The translations under genes and the position numbers were made by a program. A stretch of DNA of 64,000 bases from an uncultured Ectothiorhodospiraceae bacterium (lineage in GTDB: Bacteria > Pseudomonadota > Gammaproteobacteria > Nitrococcales > Nitrococcaceae): assembly GCA_913055565.1 (NCBI GenBank), contig CAJXKP010000010.1:3267-67266 (forward strand), in the 5' to 3' direction. Under the pieces are notes generated by a model that saw only the letters and a program-made list of their open reading frames with translations, did no database searches and was not told where the DNA came from. This document shows, piece after piece, positions 27,188-36,844 of this stretch (its first letter is position 1; every line of letters starts with the position of its first letter).

Positions 27188-29770
27188 GTGGCCCCGTTGC
27201 GATCGGCTGACTCTGCCCCTCCCAGCCCCGCGGCGCCAGAGGCGGCTGCGGCCGAGACGGGGCGGCGGCGCAATCATCCCGTCGTGCTGGGCGTCGCGAT
27301 CCTGTGGTCGCTGTTCCAGCTTTGGCATGCCTCGCCGCTGCCCTACGCCCTGGGTGTGGGCGTGTTTAACAGTACCGAGGCGCGGGCCATCCATCTCGCC
27401 CTGGCGCTGTTCCTGGCGTATACCGCCTTCCCGGCGCGCCGGCGAACCGTGTCGCCGCGCCTGTCCCTACCGGATAGCGCGCTGGGGCTCGCGGCGGCCG
27501 CCAGCGCGGCCTATATCGTCGGCTTCCAGGACGCGCTGGCCGCGCGCCCGGGGCAGCCCGTGGCGCTGGACCTCGTGGTCGCCGGGCTGGGGGTGGTTCT
27601 GTTGTTGGAAGCGGCGCGGCGGGCGCTGGGATTGCCCCTGGCCGTTGTGGCGGCGTTTTTCCTCGCCTACGCCTTCGCCGGCCCCTGGATGCCCGATGTC
27701 ATGGCACATCAGGGCGTGGGTCTGGCCAAGGCCGCCTCCCACTACTGGCTGGGTACCGAGGGCGTGTTCGGCGTCGCCCTCGGGGTCTCCACGGACTTCG
27801 TGTTCCTATTCGTCCTATTCGGGGCGCTTCTGGAGCACGCCGGCGGCGGTGGCTATTTCATTCGTCTGGCCTTCTCGCTGCTGGGGCATCGCCGGGGCGG
27901 CCCGGCTAAGGCGGCGGTCGTCGCCTCCGGCCTGTCGGGCGTGGTCTCGGGCTCGTCCATCGCCAATGTGGTGACCACGGGGACGTTTACCATCCCGCTG
28001 ATGAAGCGCACGGGCTTCCCCGCCACCAAGGCAGGAGCCGTGGAGGCGGCGGCATCGACCAACGGCCAGCTCACGCCGCCCATCATGGGCGCGGCGGCCT
28101 TCCTGATGGTCGAGTACGTCGGCATCGGCTACCCCGAGGTGGTCAAGCACGCCCTGCTGCCGGCCCTCCTGAGCTACATCGGGTTGCTCTACATCGTCCA
28201 CCTGGAGGCCGTGAAGGCCGGCTTGCGGCCCGTCGAGCGCGCCCAGGCCACGCTGGCCATGCGCGCGCTGGCAACGGCCTCGACGGTGGTCGCCGGTCTG
28301 CTGCTGTGTCTCGCGGTCTACTACGGCATCGGCTGGGCGCGCGGCCTGCTCGGCGCCTGGGCCGCGCCCGTGCTCGCCGCCGGCGGTTTGAGCGCCTATC
28401 TGGGCCTGCTGGCCCTGAGCGCCCACTACCCGGCGCCCCGCGGTGACGACGAGCTGGGTGTCGGCGATCAGCTCCCGGCCGCTGGGGCGACGGCGCTGAC
28501 GGGCCTCTACTACCTCCTGCCCGTGGCCACGCTCATCTGGTGCCTCATGGTCGAGCGTTTCTCCCCGGGGCTGGCCGCCTTCTGGGCGCTGGTGTTCATG
28601 GCCGTCATCGCGCTCAGCCATCACCCGTTGCTGGCGCTCATGCGCGGTGGGGGTGGGGTGCTGGCTGGGGTCGCTCAAGGCGCTTGGGAGCTGGCTTGGG
28701 CGCTTGTGCGGGGTGCCCAGAACATGATCGGGGTGGCCGTCGCCACCGCGACGGCCGGCATCGTCGTCGGCACCGTAACGTTGACCGGTCTGGGCCTGAT
28801 GCTCACCGATCTCATCGAGGCGCTGTCCCTGGGCAGCCTGATGTTAACCCTAATCTTTACCGCGCTCATGAGCCTGGTGCTGGGCATGGGTCTGCCCACC
28901 ACGGCCAACTACATCGTCGTGGCGACGCTAATGGCCCCGGTGGTGGTCGAGCTCGCCGGGCAGCACGGCCTGGTGGTACCGCTGATCGCTGTGCATCTGT
29001 TCGTCTTCTATTTCGGCATCCTGGCCGACGATACGCCACCGGTGGGGCTGGCGGCCTATGCGGCCAGCGCGATCTCGGGCGCTGACCCCATTCGCACCGG
29101 TTTGCAGGGGTTCGTCTACGATCTGCGCACGGCCGTGCTGCCGTTTATGTTCGTGTTCAATACGCAGCTGCTGCTCATCGGCCTGACCGGCTGGCTGGAT
29201 CTGGCGATAACGGTGGCTACGGCCACCGTGGCCATGCTGCTGTTCGCCGCCGCAACGCAGGGCTATTGGCTGGTGCGGAATCGTTGGTACGAGGGCGTCC
29301 TGTTGCTGCTGATCGCCTTTAGCCTGTTTCGACCCGGCTTCTGGTGGGATCGCCTCTATCCGCCCATGGCCTCGACGCCCCCCGAGCGTATTGAAGCGGT
29401 AGTCCGGGAGCTGCCGGCCAACGCGCGCTTGGCGCTGGTCGTCACGGGCACGACGTTGGAGGGCGAGTCCGTGCGCCGGACGGCGGCGCTGCGACTGGGT
29501 GAGCCGCAGTCGACGGCGGCCCAGCGGCTGCAGCGCCTGGGGCTCGATCTCGACAGTACGGCGGCCGACGGTGCCGTGTGGATACAACGGGTTCGTTACG
29601 GCAGCCCCGCCGCGAAGGCCGGGATCGAGCGCGGCTTTCGGATTACCGCCCTGAAGGTCCCAGCGGATCGCCCGCCGCAGGAGCTGGTGTTCGTCCCCAC
29701 ACTCGCCCTGCTCGGGGGCGTGGCCTGGGCGCAGCGCCGTCGCCGGCCGCTAGTCCTGGTTGCCGGGTAG
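27188..29770 (+). CDS. TRAP transporter fused 4TM/12TM permease (TAXI-associated) with soluble C-terminal extension
   Basis: About 650 aa of DctQ/DctM-like helices, adjacent to the TAXI receptor. The last ~170 aa are non-membrane, with a PDZ-like stretch VWIQRVRYGSPAAKAGIERGFRITAL (DUF3394-like by memory). Confidence 0.85.
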   Translation: MAPLRSADSAPPSPAAPEAAAAETGRRRNHPVVLGVAILWSLFQLWHASPLPYALGVGVFNSTEARAIHLALALFLAYTAFPARRRTVSPRLSLPDSALGLAAAASAAYIVGFQDALAARPGQPVALDLVVAGLGVVLLLEAARRALGLPLAVVAAFFLAYAFAGPWMPDVMAHQGVGLAKAASHYWLGTEGVFGVALGVSTDFVFLFVLFGALLEHAGGGGYFIRLAFSLLGHRRGGPAKAAVVASGLSGVVSGSSIANVVTTGTFTIPLMKRTGFPATKAGAVEAAASTNGQLTPPIMGAAAFLMVEYVGIGYPEVVKHALLPALLSYIGLLYIVHLEAVKAGLRPVERAQATLAMRALATASTVVAGLLLCLAVYYGIGWARGLLGAWAAPVLAAGGLSAYLGLLALSAHYPAPRGDDELGVGDQLPAAGATALTGLYYLLPVATLIWCLMVERFSPGLAAFWALVFMAVIALSHHPLLALMRGGGGVLAGVAQGAWELAWALVRGAQNMIGVAVATATAGIVVGTVTLTGLGLMLTDLIEALSLGSLMLTLIFTALMSLVLGMGLPTTANYIVVATLMAPVVVELAGQHGLVVPLIAVHLFVFYFGILADDTPPVGLAAYAASAISGADPIRTGLQGFVYDLRTAVLPFMFVFNTQLLLIGLTGWLDLAITVATATVAMLLFAAATQGYWLVRNRWYEGVLLLLIAFSLFRPGFWWDRLYPPMASTPPERIEAVVRELPANARLALVVTGTTLEGESVRRTAALRLGEPQSTAAQRLQRLGLDLDSTAADGAVWIQRVRYGSPAAKAGIERGFRITALKVPADRPPQELVFVPTLALLGGVAWAQRRRRPLVLVAG

Positions 29771-31852
29771 GGGCAGGGGGACGTGCAGCGTGGCGGCGAC
29801 GACGCGTAGCAGGTCGGCCTCTCCTGGCTGGATGACGCCGTCGGCGGCGACGCATTCCGCGGCGCCGTGGATGAGGCGGCGCTTATGCCTCGGCTGGAGG
29901 TCATCGAGGCCTTGCAGGGCCTCGCAGAATGGCGTCAATGTGCAGTCGCTCAGGCGCAGTAGGCCCTTGGTGTCGCCAGCACCAAGGGCCTGCACCGCCC
30001 TCCCATAGGCCTCGACTCGACGGTCGTCGCTGCTGTGGCCGGCATGGGCCAACAGGGATAACACGACCCGTAGATCGGGGGCATGCTGGTCCAGGCGGTG
30101 GGTACCGATGCCGCGCTGGCGATGATCGCGCCACTGCTCCTTGATGAGCGTGCGGGCGGCGAACTCAAAGATGCTCATCTGGTCGTTGGCACGGATCAAG
30201 GTGTCGATGGCGGCTAAGCACGCATCGCGCTGCGGGGTATCGAGCCGCTGTAACGCCGGCAGGGCCAGTTCCAGAAGGGGCAGGCGCACGCTGGCATCGA
30301 TGGTGCCGGGCTCCGTCCCCGGATAGGCGCGTACCAGCAGATCGCGCAGGCCGGTCACCGTGTCGCGCTGATCGTCGGGCAGGGCACGCCGGTCGGCACG
30401 GGCGTGATCCGGGCCGTGCATGAGGCTGGCCAGGACCACGTGTCTGGCGCCGTTCGGTGAGCGCAGGGTGTCGTGAACGGCCTGGGGCAGGCGGGCGAGC
30501 ATGCGGCGGGCCTGTTGCAGCCCCTGGGCCTGGATGCTGCCGGCTAGCGCGGCCATGGCCGCGACGCTGAGGGCCTCGGCGGGGGCGTTACTGGTGTCGC
30601 TTAATCCCGCCACGGGGCCGGCGCCGCCACCCTCATGCGGGTCGCCGGCGCGAGTCGGGTCAGCGGTGCTAGTCGACGCTGCCTCGTCCGCTTGCGAGCG
30701 TTTGGCATCGCGGTTGGCGCGCTCGTTTTGCCGGTACCAGTGCTTGTACTTAATACCGAGCGCGGCCATGCGCTCCGCGATCGGCGGGTGTGTCGCCGTC
30801 AGGCGCGTGAGGCCGCTACTGATGCGACACAAGCCCATGTGGCTGATCTCCTCGGCGTGGCGCGATCGCAACGCGGTACCGGCCCCGGCATTGCGAATCT
30901 TGAGTAGCGCCGAGGCAATGCCGTCGGGATGGCGCGTGAACTGAACGGCCGCGGCATCGGCCAGTAACTCGCGGCGCCGGGAGACCGCCGCCTTGATCAG
31001 CCGAGCGATGATTACGCCAATCCAACCGATGACGATTAACAACAGCGCGCCTACGGCGGCGACGAACAGGCCCACCAGTCCCCCGAGGCCCCCGAGGCCG
31101 CGGCGCCCGCTGCCGCCGCCGACACCGAGGCGATGCCGAAACGCGCTGCCGCCGCCCCGGTGGCGGCTTGGGGTGACGGCGTCGTAGATCATGATCCGCC
31201 AGAACCACAGACCCATCTGGCCGATCAGGGTAATACCGGCCATGATGGCCAGCAGGCGCATGTTGATTCGGGTATCGGCGTTGAGGATATGGCTCATCTC
31301 GTGGCCCATCACGCCCTGGAGCTCGTCGCGCTCCAGGGTGTCCAGCAGGCCCCGAGTGACGGCGATCACGGCATCCTCGGTATCATTGCCGGCGGCGAAG
31401 GCGTTGAGCCCCGGCTCGCTGTCCAGGACGTAGATCCCCGGCCGGGCAACGCCCGCGGCAACCGCCATTTCCTCGATGACCTGGACGAGCTGACGTGTTT
31501 GGCGGTCCGGTTCCATGGCCTCGACAGGCGTCCCGCCCATCATCTCGGCGACGCACTGCCCGCCTCCTTTTGCCAACTCGCTTAGGCGCCAGAGGCTGCC
31601 GCCACCGATGACGGCCAGCGTCAGGCATGCCGACCAAGCCGCCCCGGGGCTTGTCAGCCAGTTGAGGAAGCCGAGATGACCTCCGCCGTCCGTCGTTTCC
31701 GGACCGACCAGTTGGTAGTAGTCAACGATAGCCAGACTGACCCAGACGACGGCGAGGACGGCCAGCAGGATCGCGGCAAGCGCCACCGCGAACAGCGCCA
31801 CCAGGAGTGAGGTCTTGCGTTTAGCGCTCGCCTGGCGCTCGAAGAAGTCCAT
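29750..31852 (-). CDS. M48-family zinc metallopeptidase with large C-terminal domain (paralog B)
   Basis: MDFFERQ... N-terminus, two TM segments, GVMGHEMSHILNAD (HExxH), and a later ...THPPIAERM. About 330 aa of helical C-terminal region ending ...AADGVIQPGEADLLRVVAATLHVPLP. Confidence 0.85.
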   Translation of the reverse strand: MDFFERQASAKRKTSLLVALFAVALAAILLAVLAVVWVSLAIVDYYQLVGPETTDGGGHLGFLNWLTSPGAAWSACLTLAVIGGGSLWRLSELAKGGGQCVAEMMGGTPVEAMEPDRQTRQLVQVIEEMAVAAGVARPGIYVLDSEPGLNAFAAGNDTEDAVIAVTRGLLDTLERDELQGVMGHEMSHILNADTRINMRLLAIMAGITLIGQMGLWFWRIMIYDAVTPSRHRGGGSAFRHRLGVGGGSGRRGLGGLGGLVGLFVAAVGALLLIVIGWIGVIIARLIKAAVSRRRELLADAAAVQFTRHPDGIASALLKIRNAGAGTALRSRHAEEISHMGLCRISSGLTRLTATHPPIAERMAALGIKYKHWYRQNERANRDAKRSQADEAASTSTADPTRAGDPHEGGGAGPVAGLSDTSNAPAEALSVAAMAALAGSIQAQGLQQARRMLARLPQAVHDTLRSPNGARHVVLASLMHGPDHARADRRALPDDQRDTVTGLRDLLVRAYPGTEPGTIDASVRLPLLELALPALQRLDTPQRDACLAAIDTLIRANDQMSIFEFAARTLIKEQWRDHRQRGIGTHRLDQHAPDLRVVLSLLAHAGHSSDDRRVEAYGRAVQALGAGDTKGLLRLSDCTLTPFCEALQGLDDLQPRHKRRLIHGAAECVAADGVIQPGEADLLRVVAATLHVPLPLPGNQD

Positions 31853-31875
31853 CGAGGATCGGGGTTTGGCGTGCC

Positions 31876-32475
31876 CTAGGAGCGCATATCCACCTGCACC
31901 GGCTCACGGATCGCTTCCTTGTTATCGGGCTCCAACTGTTCCGCGGGCGAGAAGCCGAACGGCCCCGCCAGCAGGTTGTTGGGGAAGCTCTCGCGGTAGG
32001 TGTTGTAGGTCATGACGGTGTCGTTGAAGTGCTGCCGGGCGAAGGCGACCTTGTTCTCCGTCGAGGTGAGCTCGCCCGAGAGCTCCTGGATCGTCTGGTC
32101 GGCCTTGAGTTCGGGGTAGTCCTCGTTGAGGGCGAAGAGCTTCCCCAGCGCCTGGCTCAACCCGCCCTCGGCCTGGGCGAGCTGCTGCATCGCCGCGCCG
32201 TTCTCCGGCTGCTGGGCCGCCGTTTCCTCGGCCGCCTTGGCCCGATTGCGAGCCTCGATGACGCCCGTTAGCGTCTCGCGCTCGTGTTCCAGGTAGGCCT
32301 TGGCGTTCTCGACGAGGTTGGGGATGAGCTCATAGCGGCGTTGGAGCTGGACGTCGATCTGGGCGAAGCCGTTGCGCACCCGATTGCGGTAGCTAACCAT
32401 CTGATTGTAGATGTAGATGGCGTAGCCGATGGGCAGCGCGAGGATGACGAGGAAGATGATGAATTCAATGGACAT
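31876..32475 (-). CDS. lemA: LemA family protein
   Basis: MSIEFIIFLVILALPIGYAIYIYNQMVSYRNRVRNGFAQIDVQLQRRYELIPNLVENAK is typical of LemA. Start set at ATG 32475. Confidence 0.9.
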   Translation of the reverse strand: MSIEFIIFLVILALPIGYAIYIYNQMVSYRNRVRNGFAQIDVQLQRRYELIPNLVENAKAYLEHERETLTGVIEARNRAKAAEETAAQQPENGAAMQQLAQAEGGLSQALGKLFALNEDYPELKADQTIQELSGELTSTENKVAFARQHFNDTVMTYNTYRESFPNNLLAGPFGFSPAEQLEPDNKEAIREPVQVDMRS

Positions 32476-32644
32476 GAGGCACCCCTTGCGCTTTTTTTGT
32501 GTTGGTCGGTAAGGCCGTCCGAAAGCGTAGTGTAGCGATGGCCGTGTGGCAGGCAAAATCATGAGTAGGTCGTTGTTAGCGGCCCCAAAAGGCGCGCAGA
32601 GGCCCACGAGGATTATTCAGCGTCTCCTTAAGGGCATGAGGCCG

Positions 32645-34663
32645 CTATGCCGTTACCGACTCGGGAATGGGCTCATTGAGGGCGACCGCGATGGTGGTCA
32701 GCAGCTCGGCCTCCATGGGCTGGATCCGTTGATCGGCGCCGATGCATACCAGACCCGTCTCGAGGAGCCTTTCCTTATCACTGGGTTGGAGGTCGTCGAG
32801 TTGGCGCAAGGCCTTCGAGAATGGCTGTAAAGAGCACTCCTTCAGGGGGAGGGGTTCCGGGGCCTGCTCGATCCCGAGGCGGGTCGCTGCCAGGTGATAG
32901 GCCTGATTGCGCTCGGCCTCGTCGCTATGGCCCACGTGAGCGAGTAACGACAGCATGACGCGCAGGGCGTGGGAGCGGTCGGCGAGGGCGGCCATGCCGA
33001 TGGGGTCCTGTTGCCTGTCTCGGGCCTGCTCCCCGATAAGCGTGCGAACGGTGAACTCGAAGACGCTCAGGCGTTCATTGGCGCGGATCAGCGCATCGAC
33101 GGTCTGCCGCATTTGGGCGTGTTGCTCGCTGGGGCGGTTCGCCAGCGCGGGTAGTGCCATCTCCAGCAACGGCAGGCGCCGATGGGGGTCAACAGCGGTG
33201 CGCCCTTGGTTGCCGCAGTGCGCCAGCAGCCGTTGGCGCAGCGCGTGGACCGGCTCGCGGGCCGCTTCCGGCAGCAGGGGCAAGTCGCGGTCCTCCTGTT
33301 TGGGCTCGTGCAGGAGCAGCGCGTAGACCATGTGCTCCGCGCCATCCCCTGAGGACAGCGCCTCGCGAACCGCTTGCGGCATATCAGCCAGGCGCTCCTG
33401 CGCCTGCCGGCGGGTGGTCTCGTTCAGATCGCCGGTCAGCACGGCGAGCGCCAGGACGCTGAGGTTCTGGTCCAGGCTGCCCAACGCGGGGGTCATACCG
33501 CTAGAGCCGCCGGTCTCGGCGCTGGCGGGCGCTCGTTGGCCAGCCGATGGGTTCGCTCCATCCGATGACTCGGCGGCGGAGGCTGACGCCTCGCGTTGGT
33601 TTTCCCGATACCACTGGCGATACTTGATGCCGAGCGCGTCCATGCGCTCTTCGATCGGTGGGTGCGTCGCGAGCAGCCGGCTTAAAGCGCCGTCGAGGGA
33701 GGCGAAGAGCATGTGCTCGACCTCATTCGCGCGCCCGAGGCTTAGGGGGGTGGCATCGTTGTGGAGAACCAGCAGGGCACCCGCGAGGCCGTCGGGGTTG
33801 CGCGTGAATTGCACTGCGCCGGCATCGGCGAGGAACTCGCGGCGCCTAGAGACCGCCGCCTTGATCAGCTGCGCGAGGCCGAGCCCCGCACCGCCGATGA
33901 CCATGAGCACCCCACCCACGAGTAGGGCATAAACCAGACCGAACCAGCCGCCGCGCCAGCCCAGCGGGTTGTTATCGCTGAGGGTGTGATGCGAATGCCA
34001 GTGGTGGGAGCCCATGTCTTCGAATGCGAGTTCGATCTGGTTCAGCCCGAGTTGCCCGATCGAAGCGATCGCCGTAATGCCGACCACGAGCCGCATATTG
34101 AGCGTCGTGTCAGCGTTATCGATATGGCTCAGCTCGTGGGCGACGACCGCCTGGAGCTCGTCCCGGTCAAGGCCATCGAGTAGGCCGCGGGTGACGGCGA
34201 TAGCGGCATCATCGCTGTCCCGGCCGGCGGCGAAGGCATTGAGCGCCTGCTGCGATTCCAGCACGTAGACGGCCGGCGGTGTCAGGCCGGCGGCGACGGC
34301 CATCTCCTCGACCACCCGAACGAGTCGGCGCTGGGCGGCATCCTCGCCCCTATCACCAATGCGTGTGCCACCCAAACGCTCGGCAAGGGCTCGCCCGCCG
34401 CCCGCGCGGAGCTCGCGCCAGCGCGGGGCCGCCGCCCAGATCATCTGACCGACGACAACCACCACCGTGAGGATGCCGATCAGCGATAAGCTCCATTCAA
34501 CAAAGCCGGGTTGGGTGCCCCCGGTGTAGTGGTGATAGAAGCCGAGGGTCAGCCACAGGGCGAACTGGACGATGAGCACAATGGCGACGATGGCGGCCAC
34601 GAACGCGGCGACGATCCATGCCGTTTGCCGCCGCAGGCGTTGTTGTCGTTCGAAGAAATCCAT
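32645..34663 (-). CDS. M48-family zinc metallopeptidase with large C-terminal domain (paralog A)
   Basis: MDFFERQQRLRRQ..., AVVAHELSHIDNAD (HExxH), ...THPPIEERM, and a C-terminus ...GADQRIQPMEAELLTTIAVALNEPIP. Same architecture as 29750..31852. Start set at ATG 34663. Confidence 0.85.
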   Translation of the reverse strand: MDFFERQQRLRRQTAWIVAAFVAAIVAIVLIVQFALWLTLGFYHHYTGGTQPGFVEWSLSLIGILTVVVVVGQMIWAAAPRWRELRAGGGRALAERLGGTRIGDRGEDAAQRRLVRVVEEMAVAAGLTPPAVYVLESQQALNAFAAGRDSDDAAIAVTRGLLDGLDRDELQAVVAHELSHIDNADTTLNMRLVVGITAIASIGQLGLNQIELAFEDMGSHHWHSHHTLSDNNPLGWRGGWFGLVYALLVGGVLMVIGGAGLGLAQLIKAAVSRRREFLADAGAVQFTRNPDGLAGALLVLHNDATPLSLGRANEVEHMLFASLDGALSRLLATHPPIEERMDALGIKYRQWYRENQREASASAAESSDGANPSAGQRAPASAETGGSSGMTPALGSLDQNLSVLALAVLTGDLNETTRRQAQERLADMPQAVREALSSGDGAEHMVYALLLHEPKQEDRDLPLLPEAAREPVHALRQRLLAHCGNQGRTAVDPHRRLPLLEMALPALANRPSEQHAQMRQTVDALIRANERLSVFEFTVRTLIGEQARDRQQDPIGMAALADRSHALRVMLSLLAHVGHSDEAERNQAYHLAATRLGIEQAPEPLPLKECSLQPFSKALRQLDDLQPSDKERLLETGLVCIGADQRIQPMEAELLTTIAVALNEPIPESVTA

Positions 34664-34912
34664 GACGCCCCTGTGCCCTGGCCAAATGCCATCGCTGCTA
34701 GGGTGGCCGTCACCTTGCAGCACGTTCCTGGAGGTCACCGGCCCATCCCGACTGGGTTATCGCCGCCCGGATCCGGGTCGCTCACCGTCTTGAGTATAGT
34801 TGTGGGCTGATGCGGTACCCAAGTGCGCGCGGCTGATTGGAGGCGCGCGGTTAGTCAGTGGCGGTTGGCGCGGTATCCTGGCGGCTTTCGTTTGCTGGAG
34901 GTGGGTACGACC

Positions 34913-35212
34913 ATGCAGGAAGACGCCGAGGCACTGCGCGCGCGTCTCGCCGCGGAAACCGCACGGGCCGCCTGGTCCGAGCTTGAGCGCCACTTCGCGC
35001 GCGGGCGCCTGGTGACGGTGGCGCCCGGCGAGGATCTGGTCGAGATCGCGGCGCGGTTTGCCGAGGATGACCGCGACAGCGTCGCCGAATGGCTCAACAG
35101 CGGCACGCTGGTACGAACAACGGACTCGCAGGCCGGTCACTGGGCCGAGACCGATGCGCTGGTATGGACAGTCGTGGTGCCGCCCTGGATCCTGGTCCAG
35201 GCGGCTGCCTAG
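34913..35212 (+). CDS. DUF2288 family protein
   Basis: ...AWSELERHFARGRLVTVAPGEDLVEIAARFAEDDRDSVAEWLNSG...LVWTVVVPPWILVQ resembles DUF2288 (from memory). ATG 34913 follows GGAGGTGGG. Confidence 0.65.
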   Translation: MQEDAEALRARLAAETARAAWSELERHFARGRLVTVAPGEDLVEIAARFAEDDRDSVAEWLNSGTLVRTTDSQAGHWAETDALVWTVVVPPWILVQAAA

Positions 35213-35238
35213 CGGCCTCGGTCGGCGCCCATGAGGGC

Positions 35239-35772
35239 TCAATCACCGAAGCGTTGCCGGACCTTCTCGAGTTTGGGCCGGATCATCATCTCGCAATACG
35301 GCTGGCCTGCGTTGGTCTCGAAGAAGCGCTGGTGATCATCCTCTGCTGAGTAGAAGGTAGCAGGGCCGGCGATCTCAGTGACGATAGGGTGGCTGTAGGT
35401 GCCGCTAGCTTGGAGCTTTGCGATCTTGCGCTCGGCCACCGAGCGCTGGCTGTCGTCGGCACAGAAGATCACCGAGCGGTATTGGGTGCCGCTGTCCGGT
35501 CCCTGCCGGTTGAGCTGGGTCGGGTCGTGGATGGTGAAGAAGACGTCCAGCAGGTGCTCGAAGTCGACCTGGTCCGGGTGATATCGGATGCGAACGACCT
35601 CAGCGTGCCCCGTACGGCCGGTGCAAACGCTCTTGTAGTCCGGGTTCGGGGTCTGGCCGCCGGCATAGCCGGACAGGACCTCAATCACGCCGTCGATGTA
35701 CTGGAATACGCCCTCGATACACCAAAAGCAGCCGCCGCCTAGGATCGCCGTCGCTTCGTTGCTGTTGCTCAT
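35239..35772 (-). CDS. msrA: peptide-methionine (S)-S-oxide reductase
   Basis: ATAILGGGCFWCIEGVF...GYAGG...NPDYKSVCTGRTGHAEVV...DPTQLNRQGPDSGTQYRS. Confidence 0.95.
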   Translation of the reverse strand: MSNSNEATAILGGGCFWCIEGVFQYIDGVIEVLSGYAGGQTPNPDYKSVCTGRTGHAEVVRIRYHPDQVDFEHLLDVFFTIHDPTQLNRQGPDSGTQYRSVIFCADDSQRSVAERKIAKLQASGTYSHPIVTEIAGPATFYSAEDDHQRFFETNAGQPYCEMMIRPKLEKVRQRFGD

Positions 35773-36245
35773 GATGCCTCCGTGGGTTGCTCGTTGGGTG
35801 GGGTGGACGCCGCCATTAGCCAGTGGTAGCGAAGCACCAGCGCGGGGATGCTGATGTTAACCGCCACGCTGAGGCAGACGAACGAGTGCATGGCGAGCCC
35901 GAATGCGAGGAGATTCGCCGTGACGAACAGGTTATAGCGCACCGACTCGGCCGCGGCTCGCGGAGCGGGGCGTCGGGCCAGGTAGGCGGTTCGCACGGCC
36001 AGCCAGCCGACCGTCGCAGCCCCTGCGATCACGAAGACGCCGCCATCGAATTGATGCTGCCCCCGGCTGTACTCGACCGGTAGCGATAGCAGAAAGAAGG
36101 CGCGGAACAGCGGGACGCCGTACCCGTGCCAGCGGGGCGTAAACTGCCACGCGTCGCGGCGCCGCCACTGCACCGCCGCAAGGCTAGCCCACCAGACGAG
36201 CGCGACCGAGTACAACGTGATGACGAGTATATGCGTCGTTGCCAT
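35769..36245 (-). CDS. integral membrane protein of unknown function, translationally coupled to msrA
   Basis: Four or five hydrophobic helices. Its stop overlaps the msrA start (ATGA). No family recognised. Confidence 0.6.
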   Translation of the reverse strand: MATTHILVITLYSVALVWWASLAAVQWRRRDAWQFTPRWHGYGVPLFRAFFLLSLPVEYSRGQHQFDGGVFVIAGAATVGWLAVRTAYLARRPAPRAAAESVRYNLFVTANLLAFGLAMHSFVCLSVAVNISIPALVLRYHWLMAASTPPNEQPTEAS

Positions 36246-36282
36246 TGGGCCGGCCCCCTGGCGTTATCGCGGTCCAGGCAGT

Positions 36283-36774
36283 CTACAGGCTGACCCGCTG
36301 ACCGGGGTCGGGGAGGTTGTCCGGGCCGGGCTGCACCGCATCCGTCATCCAGCAGCCCTGGCAGCCGGCCCGCTGGCTGCGGGAGAGGAAGAAGACGTAG
36401 TCCACGGTTCGTCCGGCGATACTCGTAACGCGCACGGACACGGCGGCCCGGCCGTTCTCGAATACGGGCTCGCTGTAGCGAGCCGATCGATTGTTGAGCA
36501 GGGGGCGATAGCCCGGATTGCGTAGGAGCTCGCTGAAGCGCGGTAATGACCCCACGGCCTTGCGATTGGCGGGCGACGCGAATTGGTAGGCCCGCTCGAT
36601 GCCGCGGTTCTGGCCCAAGGCACTGTTCTCGCCGAGCGCCACGACCTGACGTTGTACCACCTCCCTAGGCTCTAGCCTGGGATCCGGTTGATACGCCGCG
36701 GTGTCGGGATCGTCGGCGCAGGCGCCGAGCACTAGGGTACCCAGGCTAGCGATGATGGCGCGAAGTCGGTGCAT
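36283..36774 (-). CDS. lipoprotein, DUF4864/NTF2-like (tentative)
   Basis: Lipobox MHRLRAIIASLGTLVLGAC. The body ...VVQRQVVALGENS...GIERAYQFASPANR...YVFFLSR... resembles DUF4864; the family call is from memory only. Confidence 0.6.
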   Translation of the reverse strand: MHRLRAIIASLGTLVLGACADDPDTAAYQPDPRLEPREVVQRQVVALGENSALGQNRGIERAYQFASPANRKAVGSLPRFSELLRNPGYRPLLNNRSARYSEPVFENGRAAVSVRVTSIAGRTVDYVFFLSRSQRAGCQGCWMTDAVQPGPDNLPDPGQRVSL

Positions 36775-36788
36775 GGCGGCCTCTCGTA

Positions 36789-36823
36789 TGTACAACCCGT
36801 ATCTTTGTACTGATATTGTACAA
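36789..36823. promoter_or_regulatory. candidate operator: TGTACA-N11-TGTACT-GATAT-TGTACA upstream of the DUF4864-membrane-msrA string
   Basis: An AT-rich island in GC-rich DNA, 15-50 nt upstream of ATG 36774. The 11-mer ATATTGTACAA (36813..36823) recurs at 56772..56782 in the merR/SDR divergent promoter. Confidence 0.35.
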
Positions 36824-36844
36824 CTAGAAAGGCGGCAAGGCCAG

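Noticed and set aside
26546-28678. Minus-strand ORFs of 282 and 287 aa (26546..27394, 27815..28678)
   Set aside because: They are antisense to the TAXI receptor and TRAP permease genes, with a composition dominated by R, G, D, Q and H. They have no motifs.
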